This document shows positions 29,962-42,023 of a DNA stretch of 64,000 nt, one piece after another. The notes beneath the pieces were generated by a model that saw only the letters and a list, made by a program, of their open reading frames with translations, was not told where the DNA came from and did no database searches. How positions within the stretch are numbered: the first letter of the stretch is position 1; the number at the start of each line of letters is the position of its first letter. The stretch spans positions 608,001 through 672,000 of the forward strand of contig CAWCAG010000007.1 of NCBI GenBank assembly GCA_963793425.1. The letters are read 5' to 3'. The translations under genes and the position numbers were made by a program. Source of the stretch: an uncultured cyanobacterium (lineage in GTDB: Bacteria; Cyanobacteriota; Cyanobacteriia; Cyanobacteriales; CAWCAG01).

Positions 29962-30480
29962 ATGGATATAAAAGAATTTTTTGAGCAGAGTGCAGGTAAT
30001 TGGTTTGCCCAGCGTACTAGTTATAACCTCAAAGATGGCAAGGCAGAAAATAGCAAATCAGACTTAAGTACCACTCTGCTTGCTGCTGACGATCCTAGGG
30101 TAGTTAAACTCTGTCAAGAAAAGGGAATCTCTCAGGATTTAGTTTGGCAAGGAATAAAGACTAGCTGGGATAGTTCCGTAGACTGGGATGATAAAAAGGA
30201 AAAAGGTTCTAGCTTGATAGTTATCATACCCGATGCAGATAATTCTTCTCAGGGTAAGATACTCCGTTCTTTAGGTAAACTTTTGGCAGGAAGATACATC
30301 CTGGGTAGAGATGAAGCCCTTACTTTAACCGTGGAAAATGAAGATATTTACTTTGAAGAACGTATCTGGTTTGCTAGTAATAACTTAAGGATGCGTTCTA
30401 GTTTAATAAAAATGGCTGATACTTACAATGGGGCAGCTTTTTATTCAGAAGTACGTAGGATGCCGGCTAAAGATAAGTAA
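29962..30480 (+). CDS. CpcS/CpeS-family phycobiliprotein lyase
   Basis: MDIKEFFEQSAGNWFAQRT...EERIWFASNNLRMR...FYSEVR. Confidence 0.88.
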   Translation: MDIKEFFEQSAGNWFAQRTSYNLKDGKAENSKSDLSTTLLAADDPRVVKLCQEKGISQDLVWQGIKTSWDSSVDWDDKKEKGSSLIVIIPDADNSSQGKILRSLGKLLAGRYILGRDEALTLTVENEDIYFEERIWFASNNLRMRSSLIKMADTYNGAAFYSEVRRMPAKDK

Positions 30481-30493
30481 TACTAGAAAAGAC

Positions 30494-30527
30494 AAAAAAA
30501 GGGGGCGCAGCTTGATGTTGCGCCCCC
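30494..30527 (-). terminator. intrinsic terminator of groESL
   Basis: GGGGGCGCA...TGCGCCCCC hairpin followed by a T7 run on the minus strand. Confidence 0.85.
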
Positions 30528-30555
30528 ATCAATTAGCAATTAGCAATTAGCTAAA

Positions 30556-32199
<1,644 letters not shown>

Positions 32200-32228
32200 C
32201 TATTTTTCTAATGTGTTTACTTTTAAAC

Positions 32229-32540
32229 CTAAGCGACTACAGCGAGAATATCTTTCTCCGAGAGAAGTACATAATCTTCGCCACCGAGTTTAATATCAGT
32301 TCCAGCATATTTGGAATAAAGAACTTGGTCGCCAACTTTGACATCCAAAGGAACACGTTTACCATCGTTGTCCATTTTTCCAGGGCCAACAGAAACAATT
32401 TCGCCAATTTGGGGCTTTTCTTTGGCCGAGTCGGGTAAGAAAATACCGCCACTGGTTTTCTCTTCTGCTACGTCAACTTTGACGAAAACGCGCTCCCCAA
32501 GGGGGCTAACGGTGGATACATTAATTGTTAAAGCTGCCAT
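32229..32540 (-). CDS. groES: co-chaperonin GroES
   Basis: [25 protein letters not shown]. Confidence 0.98.
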   Translation of the reverse strand: MAALTINVSTVSPLGERVFVKVDVAEEKTSGGIFLPDSAKEKPQIGEIVSVGPGKMDNDGKRVPLDVKVGDQVLYSKYAGTDIKLGGEDYVLLSEKDILAVVA

Positions 32541-32576
32541 ATAAACCTCATATAGTCGTTTTTGCGGTCGCTTAAA

Positions 32577-32603
32577 TTAGCACTCTCGACCTCTGAGTGC
32601 TAA
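32577..32603. promoter_or_regulatory. CIRCE element (HrcA operator)
   Basis: TTAGCACTC-N9-GAGTGCTAA, perfect. Confidence 0.97.
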
Positions 32604-32642
32604 TTTATCTAAATTTGGTGAGCAATGGCAACTGTATTTTCA

Positions 32643-32658
32643 GTACGGTTTCCCGAAC
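32643..32658 (-). promoter_or_regulatory. K-box upstream of groESL
   Basis: Minus strand GTTCGGGAAACCGTAC matches GTTCGG-NN-A-N-CC-NN-AC. Confidence 0.85.
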
Positions 32659-32999
32659 AAGTTAAACAATGATCATTGATCAATGATCAGTGTGTCAGTG
32701 GGTTGAGCAAGGTAGCAAGTAAGCGTGTACCGCCCACGAATGAACAGGCGATCGCTCTTTTTTATACAACCTTCAAGGCTTCTGTAACTGAAACTCTGCG
32801 AGGAGAAAGGAAAGAGATATTGAAACTTGTCTTTGGCTGGAGATGAGCCTCATTTCAAAGTGAAGATTTCGGAATCGTTGAGTTTTGGGGGCGATCGCTA
32901 TATCTTTGCTGTTAACCAACCCTAAGCATCTATTTACAGGCACTGTAATATTATTTTTATTTGTAAAAATCAATTATCTTTGCGGGATAGGAAAATCTT

Positions 33000-33603
33000 A
33001 TGCCTGATCGTAAATTTACCCTCAGTAAAGCTGTAGAAGATTTTCAACTCACTCTCATTGAAGGCGATCGCTTTGTCGAGAATATTTCTCCAGTTAATCC
33101 CAGTACTTTGCTCCAAGATACCCTCAAAGAAACACTACCTTGGGCTATCGCTGTCAGTACAGAAAAAGCACGCTCTGAAGGCATCATCAATCCGGTATTG
33201 TTAGAAGTTAAACGTCAACTCAACGGACAAATTAGCCTCTTCTCCGGTGAAGAGTTCAACGTGCAACCCGATGTTTGATTTAACCGGCTATGTCGATTTT
33301 CTAATCAGTCGTTCTCCGGAGCAATTGTATATCAAAGCCCCGGCAGTAGTTTTAGCAGAAGCCAAAAAAGAAGACCTTAAACCAGGGCTAGGACAGTGTT
33401 TAGCAGAAATGGTGGCAGCCCAACGTTTCAATCAACAGAAGCAGCAGCCTATTTCTACTATTTATGGAGCAGTTACCAGTGGTACAGTTTGGCGATTCCT
33501 CAAACTGGAAGGGCAAACCGTTACAATCGACTTGACCGATTATCCATTACCCCCAGTCGAACCAATTTTGGGCTTTCTAGTTTGGATGATGCTCAACGGC
33601 TAA
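33000..33603 (+). pseudogene. PD-(D/E)xK-like cyanobacterial protein split by a +1 frameshift
   Basis: TEKARSE...FSGEEFNV continues in another frame as [11 protein letters not shown]...EAKKE...GLGQCLAEM...[13 protein letters not shown]; extra T at about 33274. Confidence 0.75.
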
Positions 33604-33731
33604 AGTTGCTTTTAGGCATATAAATCTAGGGTTAATGGCTTTAACTTCGAGTAATGATATTATTGAGACTCCGGTTGATACCTGAAACACAGACTATAAT
33701 TAAAATTACGTGACCTAGATTACCTAATCCT

Positions 33732-34010
33732 ATGAGTCGGCAATTAATCCTGGAAATCAGCGATGAAGTTTACGCAAACCTACAGCGCAAGTCTAGTGCT
33801 GTGGGCATTTCTGTAACAGAGTGGGTTATGACACTCCTTGGCAGGCAGAGTAATGTTGTTAGTAATATGTTGCTTTCGCCAGAGCTTCAAGCGCAAGCAC
33901 GAAGCAAGTTCAGAAGTCATGCTGGTGCAGTCAGTTTGGGGTACGCTACAGATACAAATAATGACCAGATTGATGCTGACCTTGCCAAAGCTTACGCCGA
34001 TGATTACTAG
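33732..34010 (+). CDS. putative antitoxin (RHH-like N-terminus), no adjacent cognate toxin
   Basis: LILEISDEVYANL N-terminus; FRSHAGAV...NDQIDADLAKAY C-terminus. Confidence 0.6.
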   Translation: MSRQLILEISDEVYANLQRKSSAVGISVTEWVMTLLGRQSNVVSNMLLSPELQAQARSKFRSHAGAVSLGYATDTNNDQIDADLAKAYADDY

Positions 34011-34041
34011 AGGTTAGTTTTAAACAATACTGAAAGGGTAA

Positions 34042-34350
34042 TTGATGATGGTTAAAACAACCTTATATTCAATAGCAAAAGTTTTGCCAGGGAACAAAAT
34101 TGAAATTCAGGCTCCCAGTCTTTCAGTAGGGCAAACTGTTGAGGTGGTTATTTTAGTTCAGGATGTCAAGCTTTCTTCTCCTGCTATCGAGAAACAAGTC
34201 CTATCATTAGAGCAACGCCTTGCTTTACTTAAGTTACCCATTGCCGAGCGTAGGCGTATTCTCGAAAGCCAAGCTGAGAAAATGCTCAATCACTATCAAC
34301 AGGATTCCGAATGGCAGGAGTTAATGTCAGGTGACATCATCAACTACTAA
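34042..34350 (+). CDS. putative antitoxin of the PemK/MazF toxin
   Basis: Overlaps the toxin start by 20 nt; GQTVEVVIL, LPIAERRRIL. Confidence 0.7.
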   Translation: MMMVKTTLYSIAKVLPGNKIEIQAPSLSVGQTVEVVILVQDVKLSSPAIEKQVLSLEQRLALLKLPIAERRRILESQAEKMLNHYQQDSEWQELMSGDIINY

Positions 34351-34705
34351 TTCTGACGCTCCAAAACGTGGAGAAATTTGGTTGGTTAACTTCGACCCCA
34401 CTATTGGCTCAGAAATTAAGAAAGTGCGTCCTGCTGTTGTCATTAGTTCCGATGCTGTGGGAAAACTGCCAATTAAGCTCATTGCCCCAATTACAAATTG
34501 GAAACCATATTTTTCACAAAATTTCTGGCACGTCAAAATTGAACCTGATACTACGAACGGCTTGACTAAGATTTCTGCCATTGATGCTTTGCAACTAAGA
34601 GGAGTGGATTTACAACGATTTATTCGTAAGTTGGGAAGTATAGCTGAAGTCACAATGTCAGAAATTGCGATCGCCGTTGTAACTGTAATTGAGTTTGAGG
34701 TTTAA
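34331..34705 (+). CDS. PemK/MazF family endoribonuclease toxin
   Basis: KRGEIWLVNFDPTIGSEIKKVRPAVVIS, APIT, NGLTK. Confidence 0.93.
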   Translation: MTSSTTNSDAPKRGEIWLVNFDPTIGSEIKKVRPAVVISSDAVGKLPIKLIAPITNWKPYFSQNFWHVKIEPDTTNGLTKISAIDALQLRGVDLQRFIRKLGSIAEVTMSEIAIAVVTVIEFEV

Positions 34706-34757
34706 TTACTCTTACAAGTGGATTGAGCCGTTTAAGTTATTGCGATAGCTCTACAAT

Positions 34758-35357
34758 ATGCTTGAGATCAGATATTCTGTTGGAGAAGATATAGAAGTTG
34801 CAGGTACATCAACTGAATTTCAGGCGCTTCATCATGAGCTTCTAAGAATGGTTGGTCGAGATGATAGTTTCCTGTATGTAGAGACTTCCACATCTTTTGA
34901 GCCAGATCCTTATGATTCTTGTTTAGTGAGCATAGAGTTTAAACGAGCTAAAAGCAATGAGATCTGGATAGATAAAAATAGTCTTGTTGTGCAAGGCACT
35001 GACGAATTCTTACAGAATCTTGCAGGAAGTTTGCCGAGGGACGCTGAACAGCCATCTTCTGGCATTTCTTATCATATACATTATGACCCGATATCAGACG
35101 TGAGGAGAATTCACCTTTGGCGAAAATCAGATGAATTTGAGTCTGATGACTATAGCACTCTAGAAGTAACTATACGATTGCCTTTCAGAAGGATTTGTAG
35201 TTCAGATTTTGAGCCATTGCCAATTAATATGGTTCATGAAAACAAAGTCATATTTTTTTCTAGGGCTTTTTTTGAAACTCTTCAGGTCAACACCCAGTTT
35301 GTCTTTAAAGAGTGTCCTCCATTTTTGCTGAGACCTTTAATGATATTAAATTTATAA
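34758..35357 (+). CDS. hypothetical protein, N-terminus possibly Imm32-like; may be chimeric
   Basis: PDPYD...VQGTDEFLQNLA...HIHYD resembles polymorphic-toxin immunity proteins (recalled, unverified). Confidence 0.45.
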   Translation: MLEIRYSVGEDIEVAGTSTEFQALHHELLRMVGRDDSFLYVETSTSFEPDPYDSCLVSIEFKRAKSNEIWIDKNSLVVQGTDEFLQNLAGSLPRDAEQPSSGISYHIHYDPISDVRRIHLWRKSDEFESDDYSTLEVTIRLPFRRICSSDFEPLPINMVHENKVIFFSRAFFETLQVNTQFVFKECPPFLLRPLMILNL

Positions 35358-35504
35358 TGCAATGGGTTAGATAGCTATTCTTGACCAAAGGAATAGTAGT
35401 TTAGGCGTCACTGTGAATTTTGCTCTGGAGATTTTTCCGAAATTAAAGCATTCAAAAATCTTTAATGCTGAGGAATTACGTTGTTGCGATCACGTCATAT
35501 CTCA

Positions 35505-36293
35505 CTAAACATTATTCTCCTCCGGCAAGCTTCCAAACTGCTCCTGATAACGAGCTAAAAGTTCAGCCATTTCTGCTGCCTGTTGTTCGGCTGAATTTTT
35601 AGCTGCTTCTAGTTCTACTGAAGAAAGCAAACGCTCCCCTGTAGAAGCATCTTCTATTACCAAACGGCCTTCGTGCAAACTCATCAACAATCCCACCGTT
35701 TCACAAAAAATGCGTCCCTCTTCATCAGGGGTAATCGGCTGATAATAGTCTTCTACCAACCTATAACCTAAAACCTCTTCCAATATCTGCCCCCGTTGAC
35801 GACGACGGTCTATAATAACGTATTCTGCAACACCAGCACGAGCGTATTGAACAACCTTAATTTCCCTATCTTCTTTGCGGTAACGGGGAGAAACAACCTC
35901 TATAACTAAAGTGGGGCGCACTCCCTCATCTTTAACAATAAACCTGGTGCGATTCTCATTTTTGTTAGTGATGCCAAAAGCCACAAAAGTATCGGGGCAA
36001 TTGTCATTTTGCCCCGTGTCCCATTCAACAATCAAGTCGCGGAAAACTCCAACGGTAGGATCATTAGCATAGCGACGGGTCAAAACATCCTTAGCATGAC
36101 CTGCTATATCGTCGTGAAAGGTGCTATTAGGCAAGTGATAACCTTCCTGGGGATGGAGAAATTCTTCAGAAGTGAGTGGTATCCAGGTAGTACCCTCAGC
36201 TTCTGTATCCGCAACAACTCGCCAGCCTCTTTCAGCAAATTCTAGGCTGTCATATTCTTGAGTTTTAGGAGGAACTGAAGGAGAGCTTACCAT
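35505..36293 (-). CDS. Uma2 (DUF820) family putative endonuclease
   Basis: PDTFV, LVIEVVSP, K...YARAGVAEYVIID, coiled-coil tail. Confidence 0.9.
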   Translation of the reverse strand: MVSSPSVPPKTQEYDSLEFAERGWRVVADTEAEGTTWIPLTSEEFLHPQEGYHLPNSTFHDDIAGHAKDVLTRRYANDPTVGVFRDLIVEWDTGQNDNCPDTFVAFGITNKNENRTRFIVKDEGVRPTLVIEVVSPRYRKEDREIKVVQYARAGVAEYVIIDRRRQRGQILEEVLGYRLVEDYYQPITPDEEGRIFCETVGLLMSLHEGRLVIEDASTGERLLSSVELEAAKNSAEQQAAEMAELLARYQEQFGSLPEENNV

Positions 36294-36423
36294 CGTTTGG
36301 CTTCCTTTAGCGGAAGTGAATAAGTGCTTCCTAGTATATCAATTAAGGTTGAGAGCAGTGCTAAGTTAGAGGCGACTCTACTTCGGCATAGCCATAGTCT
36401 TGATTGAGCCGCCCAGTCTGAAA

Positions 36424-37725
36424 TTACAAATCAGCTAAAACTTCCTTCGCCGCAGCAATAGTCTGCTCAACATCTTCCTCGCTATGAGCCAAAGAAGTAA
36501 AACCAGCTTCAAATTGAGAAGGTGCAAGATAAATGCCCCTTTCCAACATTCCCCGATGGAAACGACTGAACTTTTCTAAATCAGACTTCTTGGCATCATC
36601 ATAATTTTTCACCTTTTCTCCGGTAAAAAACATACCAAACATGGCGCTGATTTGACCACCAGAAACCTCATGCCCAGATTCCTTCGCAGCGCTCAAAAGC
36701 CCTTCGCTTAATCTTTTAGTTATCTTGTCTAACTGTTCGTAAGTTCCTGGCTTTTTCAGTAACTTCAAGGTTTCAATCCCTGCTGTCATTGCTAAAGGAT
36801 TACCGGAAAGGGTTCCCGCTTGATACATTGGCCCAGCCGGAGCTACCATAGCCATAATATCGGCTCTACCCCCATAAGCACCCACTGGCAGCCCACCACC
36901 AATAACTTTACCCAAAGTGGTTAAGTCGGGAGTGACACCAAATTTAGCTTGCGCCCCACCATAGGAGATACGGAAACCTGTCATTACTTCATCAAAAACT
37001 AATAATGCACCGTATTCTGTGGTTAATTCTCGCAAACCTTCGAGGAAACCAGGTTCAGGAACAACAAAACCGGAATTACCAACCACAGGCTCTAAAATCA
37101 CCCCGGAGATGTCTTCAGGATTTTCTTCAAAAAGCTTTCTGACTGCTTCTAAATCATTGTAGGGGGCGGTTAAGGTATTGGCAGTGGTAGACTTAGGCAC
37201 TCCAGGAGAATCCGGTAAACCTAAAGTCGCAACTCCAGAACCCGCTTGCACGAGAAACATATCTGCATGACCATGATAGCAGCCCGCAAATTTAATGAGC
37301 TTATTTCTACCTGTGAAGGCTCGCATCAGGCGTAAAACCGCCATACAAGCTTCTGTTCCCGAATTGACAAACCGCACCATCTCGACGCTAGGAACAGCAT
37401 CTATGACCATTTCCGCAAGAACATTTTCTAGGACGCAAGGCGCACCAAAACTAGTACCCTTATCTAAAGCCTTGTGTAGAGCAGCAATCACATCCGGATG
37501 GGCATGACCACAGATTGCAGGACCCCAAGTTCCGACATAATCTATATACTTGTTACCATCAATATCCCAAACATAAGCACCTTCGACTTTATCAAATACT
37601 ATTGGCTGTCCGCCGACGGATTTAAAAGCTCTAACTGGGGAACTAACACCTCCAGGCATTAGTTTTTGGGCCGCAGTGAAAATTTCTTCTGATTTAGTGG
37701 TTTTTAAAGAAGTAGTCGCAACCAA
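36424..37725 (-). CDS. hemL: glutamate-1-semialdehyde 2,1-aminomutase
   Basis: [37 protein letters not shown]. Confidence 0.98.
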   Translation of the reverse strand: MVATTSLKTTKSEEIFTAAQKLMPGGVSSPVRAFKSVGGQPIVFDKVEGAYVWDIDGNKYIDYVGTWGPAICGHAHPDVIAALHKALDKGTSFGAPCVLENVLAEMVIDAVPSVEMVRFVNSGTEACMAVLRLMRAFTGRNKLIKFAGCYHGHADMFLVQAGSGVATLGLPDSPGVPKSTTANTLTAPYNDLEAVRKLFEENPEDISGVILEPVVGNSGFVVPEPGFLEGLRELTTEYGALLVFDEVMTGFRISYGGAQAKFGVTPDLTTLGKVIGGGLPVGAYGGRADIMAMVAPAGPMYQAGTLSGNPLAMTAGIETLKLLKKPGTYEQLDKITKRLSEGLLSAAKESGHEVSGGQISAMFGMFFTGEKVKNYDDAKKSDLEKFSRFHRGMLERGIYLAPSQFEAGFTSLAHSEEDVEQTIAAAKEVLADL

Positions 37726-37928
37726 TTTTATCTCCTTGCCTGAGTTATTAATAATTGCCTTTCAATTTCTTTAGTTTACAACTTTTTACCACAACAATAA
37801 ACCAAGGGAATTATTGTCGGCGAATAAGGTAAAAAACTTAACATTTCTTGAAAAGTAAACTGTTATATCAAATTTTTCTAAATTAATGATTTAAAGTTGA
37901 TTTTAGCTCGTTATTATTAGTAGATTTT

Positions 37929-38648
37929 ATGTCACTAAAATTTCCCCAACCTTATCAACCTCTGTTACTTCGTATTCTTCACGGTTTAACAGGATTATTC
38001 GCAATCGCAGCTATTCTTACTGCTTTTTGGACTTACAATACTTATGATGGGCGTTGGGGAAAGATCCCCTTACCTGAATTTAGAGAAATCGAAGGGATTC
38101 ATGGCACATTCGGATTGTGGACGTTACTGGTTTTTCCTCTTTTTGTTATCTACGCTTTTAATCGAGGAAAGCAAAGATTAATCCAGAAAGATTCTTTTGC
38201 TCAACTAACTCGATTTGGGCAACAAATTTGGTGGTACAATTTGCATCGTTTGATTAATACGTTGACCATCTTCGGAGTGACTTTTGCTGTCTTTTCAGGC
38301 AAGATGATGGACGAAAAGTGGCTGCCTAAAGGTGAAGTTGATCATGGTTGGTACTATGCCCATCTTATTTCTTGGCTTATTTTAGTTAGTTGTATTGCCC
38401 TGCATTTGTTGATGAGCATTAAAGTTGGCGGGATACCTTTAATTTTATCAATGACTCATTGGCGGTTTCATAGTAAGGATAGTCCTACTTTATGGCGCAA
38501 ACACTTTTCTGATTGGCGTTCTAACTTTAGTTTCAGGACAATTAAGCAATGGCTATTATCTCTTGATTTTCTTGGTTTTTTAGAAGTTTTTATCTTAACG
38601 GCTATTGCCCTGGCTTGGATAATTTCACTAAGCAAAGAATTAACCTAG
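37929..38648 (+). CDS. cytochrome b/b6-domain membrane protein
   Basis: PYQPLLLRILH, conserved TM His residues, LHLLMSIKVGG. Confidence 0.8.
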   Translation: MSLKFPQPYQPLLLRILHGLTGLFAIAAILTAFWTYNTYDGRWGKIPLPEFREIEGIHGTFGLWTLLVFPLFVIYAFNRGKQRLIQKDSFAQLTRFGQQIWWYNLHRLINTLTIFGVTFAVFSGKMMDEKWLPKGEVDHGWYYAHLISWLILVSCIALHLLMSIKVGGIPLILSMTHWRFHSKDSPTLWRKHFSDWRSNFSFRTIKQWLLSLDFLGFLEVFILTAIALAWIISLSKELT

Positions 38649-38690
38649 TCAATAAACCATCGCTTATTACCTATTACTTATTACTTATGT

Positions 38691-39740
38691 TCACCCTCGC
38701 CACCGCAACACTCTACCTTTAACAGGATTAACAAAAGGTCTATTTTCTTCTCTAGATTTAACAAATTCAGCCTTCAAACGGTAATACCAAATTGCTTGGG
38801 TATCAGCATCATGAATTAGAGTTAAACTTGGCTCATATTTTAATCCTTCTTGTTGCTTAATAACTACATCACGATCTTGTTTTAAAAATGCTTGAGCAGG
38901 AAACTTTAAAACTGGTTTAAGAGGGTTTAACCAAGGTATATCCCAATAAGCTAAGAAAGTTACTTCAGTTTCCTGATCTGATAAAGGAGTTACAGCGGTA
39001 AGATTAGATAATTTATGACGTTTATTAGTAATATTTTCAATGCGAACTCCTGGTAACTGAAAAGATATTTCTACCTCCGGTGCGCCACCGATGATACTAT
39101 AACCGAGAGCTAAATTTTCGTTGTGGTGCTTACGCATCGTGAAGCCGTAAGGAGAAGGATCAAAAGCCCTTGCTTCTTCGTTGGTTTCGGCTGAACGCCA
39201 CCACCAAGCACGATGTACAAAAGGAGAATGGGCAGGGTCCATTAAACCAATGACTGCATGATCCACATGACAGGGAAAGTGCATGGTCATTTCAAAGTTG
39301 TAGGTTTGGTTGCCGAATTCGGGGACGAGAGGAATATCTTCTTCTAAGGCACGAAGATTATCTTGTTCTGTTTCGGCCATGTAAAGCCAAACATTGCCTT
39401 GAACTTCCTTAACTGGGTAGGTTCGGACATCAAAACGGCTGAAATTAAAATCTTTATCTTCTACCAAGGCTGGAATTGCTGTACAACTCCCTTTAGTATC
39501 AAAGCGCCAGCCATGATAACAACATTCCACTTCTTCTCCATCAAACCTGCCGCAGCTTAGAGGAATACCGCGATGGGGACAAATATCCCGCAAGGCGAAG
39601 ACTTTACCTCCACGGCTGCGCCCAAGCAGCACTGGTTCCCCTAGTAAAGTCTTTTTTAGCATTGCCCCCGGCTTAAGCTTCTTTCCTGGCAAAGCGTAGT
39701 ACCAGAGGTTGTGCAGAAGAAAGTTTTGCTTTTCTGTCAT
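38691..39740 (-). CDS. Rieske non-heme iron oxygenase alpha subunit
   Basis: CPHRG...CCYHGW Rieske motif, MDPAHSPFVH. Confidence 0.92.
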   Translation of the reverse strand: MTEKQNFLLHNLWYYALPGKKLKPGAMLKKTLLGEPVLLGRSRGGKVFALRDICPHRGIPLSCGRFDGEEVECCYHGWRFDTKGSCTAIPALVEDKDFNFSRFDVRTYPVKEVQGNVWLYMAETEQDNLRALEEDIPLVPEFGNQTYNFEMTMHFPCHVDHAVIGLMDPAHSPFVHRAWWWRSAETNEEARAFDPSPYGFTMRKHHNENLALGYSIIGGAPEVEISFQLPGVRIENITNKRHKLSNLTAVTPLSDQETEVTFLAYWDIPWLNPLKPVLKFPAQAFLKQDRDVVIKQQEGLKYEPSLTLIHDADTQAIWYYRLKAEFVKSREENRPFVNPVKGRVLRWRG

Positions 39741-40110
39741 AGAAGGTGAAAGTCTTATTTTATCTTTACATTTAGGGTAGACAATTCTAGCAGTTAATGA
39801 GTTTCTAGATTTTCATCAACATTCTGAGGAAAAATATTACAAGATATTAAGGAATCCTAACTAAGGTGAGCTAGATGCAAGAGAATATTTGCTGAAAGGT
39901 TGCTGTGTCTGGGAACATTATGCCTGATGTTAATGCCATAATTAAGGCGTTCACAAAAGCAAGTGATTTCCTTGAGAAGCTTAAAGCTTTTTGTTGAAAG
40001 ACTAGGCAGTTGATTGGAAAACAATTTTTTTATAAACCAATCAGCAACTAAAATTTAATATGCCAGTTGCCAGACATCTGGTTTAATTTTTTTATTGGAG
40101 GAATACCTCA

Positions 40111-40596
40111 ATGAGTATAGTCACGAAATCCATCGTGAATGCAGATGCTGAGGCCCGTTACCTTAGCCCTGGTGAATTAGATAGAATCAAAGGCTTTGTC
40201 AGCAGTGGTGAAAGCCGTTTACGTATTGCCCAGACCTTAACTGAATCTCGCGAACGTATCGTTAAGCAAGCTGGAGATCAGCTATTCCAGAAGCGCCCAG
40301 ATGTAGTTTCTCCTGGCGGCAACGCTTATGGTGAAGAAATGACTGCAACTTGCTTGCGCGACATGGATTACTACCTACGCTTAATCACTTATGGTGTAGT
40401 TGCTGGTGATGTAACTCCTATCGAAGAGATTGGTTTAGTTGGAGTTAGTGAGATGTACAAATCTCTAGGTACTCCTATTGCTGCGGTTGCTCAAAGCGTC
40501 CGTGAAATGAAAGAGATTGCTGCTTCTATGATGTCTTCTGAAGATGCTTCTGAAGCAGGTTCTTACTTTGACTACGTTATTGGTTCTATGGATTAG
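40111..40596 (+). CDS. apcA: allophycocyanin alpha
   Basis: [24 protein letters not shown]. Confidence 0.99.
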   Translation: MSIVTKSIVNADAEARYLSPGELDRIKGFVSSGESRLRIAQTLTESRERIVKQAGDQLFQKRPDVVSPGGNAYGEEMTATCLRDMDYYLRLITYGVVAGDVTPIEEIGLVGVSEMYKSLGTPIAAVAQSVREMKEIAASMMSSEDASEAGSYFDYVIGSMD

Positions 40597-40664
40597 GTTT
40601 GAAAAACCTGCTTTAACCAAGAGTTAAAACATCCTAAGACAAGGTGAAATAAGGAAATAAAACT

Positions 40665-41150
40665 ATGCAAGACGCAATTACTGCCGTTATCAATTCTGCT
40701 GATGTCCAAGGCAAGTACTTAGATAGTTCTGCTATGGACAAGCTTAAGAGCTATTTTGAAACTGGCGGACTACGAGTTCGTGCCGCTAGTGTAATTAGTG
40801 CTAATGCAGCTAGTATCGTTAAAGAAGCTGTAGCTAAGTCTTTGTTGTACTCTGATGTTACCCGTCCTGGCGGTAATATGTATACAACTCGTCGTTATGC
40901 TGCTTGCATCCGCGACTTAGACTACTATCTACGCTATGCAACCTACGCTATGTTAGCTGGTGATCCCTCCATTCTTGATGAGCGGGTTCTCAATGGTTTA
41001 AAAGAAACCTACAACTCTTTAGGAGTTCCTGTTTCCTCTACTGTTCAAGCTATCCAAGCCATGAAAGAAGTAACTTCTAGCTTGGTTGGTTCTGATGCGG
41101 GTAAAGAAATGGGTGTTTACCTCGACTATATTTGTTCTGGTTTAAGCTAG
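40665..41150 (+). CDS. apcB: allophycocyanin beta
   Basis: [19 protein letters not shown]. Confidence 0.99.
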   Translation: MQDAITAVINSADVQGKYLDSSAMDKLKSYFETGGLRVRAASVISANAASIVKEAVAKSLLYSDVTRPGGNMYTTRRYAACIRDLDYYLRYATYAMLAGDPSILDERVLNGLKETYNSLGVPVSSTVQAIQAMKEVTSSLVGSDAGKEMGVYLDYICSGLS

Positions 41151-41200
41151 ACAATTTTTCTGCAACATCTGTTCTTTTTGTAGAACACTTTGTTTTCATC

Positions 41201-41295
41201 AAGGTTTGGGAAGTCGAGAGTGAGTGCTAACTGATTATTAGTTCTGCAAAGCATAACTTGTAACTGGTTAGTATTGATTCTTGACTCCCAATCTT
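41201..41295 (+). other. long stem-loop between apcB and apcC (likely mRNA stabiliser or attenuator)
   Basis: TTGGGAAGTCGAGAGTGAGTGCTAACTG pairs with GGTTAGTATTGATTCTTGACTCCCAA using G-U pairs that work on the + strand. Confidence 0.7.
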
Positions 41296-41407
41296 AACTA
41301 CAAGGGCTGCTTTTGGAAGTATCGCCCGTAAAAAATCAAGTATAATTTGCAACTTTGATAACAGACTTCAGTTAATCAGCAAAATTTTTTAGGAGAAATA
41401 AAATATC

Positions 41408-41611
41408 ATGAGAATGTTTAAAGTAACTGCTTGTGTTCCTAGCCAAACTCGTATTAGAACCCAAAGAGAATTACAAAATACCTATTTCACAAAATTAGTT
41501 CCCTATGATAACTGGTTCTGTGAACAACAAAGAATCCAAAAAATGGGAGGAACAATCAAAAAAGTTGAGTTAGTTACAGGAAAGCGCGGTGCGAATACCG
41601 GACTAAAGTAA
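41408..41611 (+). CDS. apcC: phycobilisome 7.8 kDa core linker
   Basis: MRMFKVTACVPSQTRIRTQRELQNTYFTKLVPY. Confidence 0.98.
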   Translation: MRMFKVTACVPSQTRIRTQRELQNTYFTKLVPYDNWFCEQQRIQKMGGTIKKVELVTGKRGANTGLK

Positions 41612-41633
41612 GGTGATTTTAGCTGGTCTTCCG

Positions 41634-41907
41634 CAAGAAGCCTCACACCATAATTTTTAATTTGGTGTTGAGATGCTATACGGATCTAGAACTTCGGAAT
41701 TGGTAAACCATTGTTGTACAATGTAAATGTAGGTGTAATCCAATTAAATGCTTAACAGCAGCCTACAGAAAGTTAAAGTATCATCTTTAAACCCGGTGCG
41801 GTAGGGCATTCCGTATCGTTACTAAAGCTGAGAGCCTCCGCGCGCAATAGCCGGATTGTCTCAGAAGCCTACACTGACTCTTTGAGTACAGTGTAGGAGT
41901 ATGTCAC
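41634..41907 (+). mobile_element. non-autonomous IS200/IS605-family element (internally deleted, PATE-like)
   Basis: AGAAGCC plus hairpin at both ends (41642-41672 and 41868-41897), right end ...GGAGTATGTCAC, TnpB C-terminal-like remnant GAVGHSV; left boundary +/-1. Confidence 0.8.
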
Positions 41908-41923
41908 AGAAATTCGCGCAGCT

Positions 41924-41947
41924 GGGGTCGTTTATGACCTCTTTTTT
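41924..41947 (+). terminator. intrinsic terminator of apcABC
   Basis: GGGGTC-gtttat-GACCTC followed by a T run. Confidence 0.65.
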
Positions 41948-42023
41948 ATTGGCGTTTTTTTGCTTTAAGATTACCAAGCAAATGTACCTTAACATAAGAT
42001 AAATGTTGAATGCTCAATGATAA

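Noticed and set aside
33604..34757. Integron attC sites between the TA-cluster genes
   Set aside because: No convincing RYYYAAC...GTTRRRY paired structure found by eye and no integrase present.
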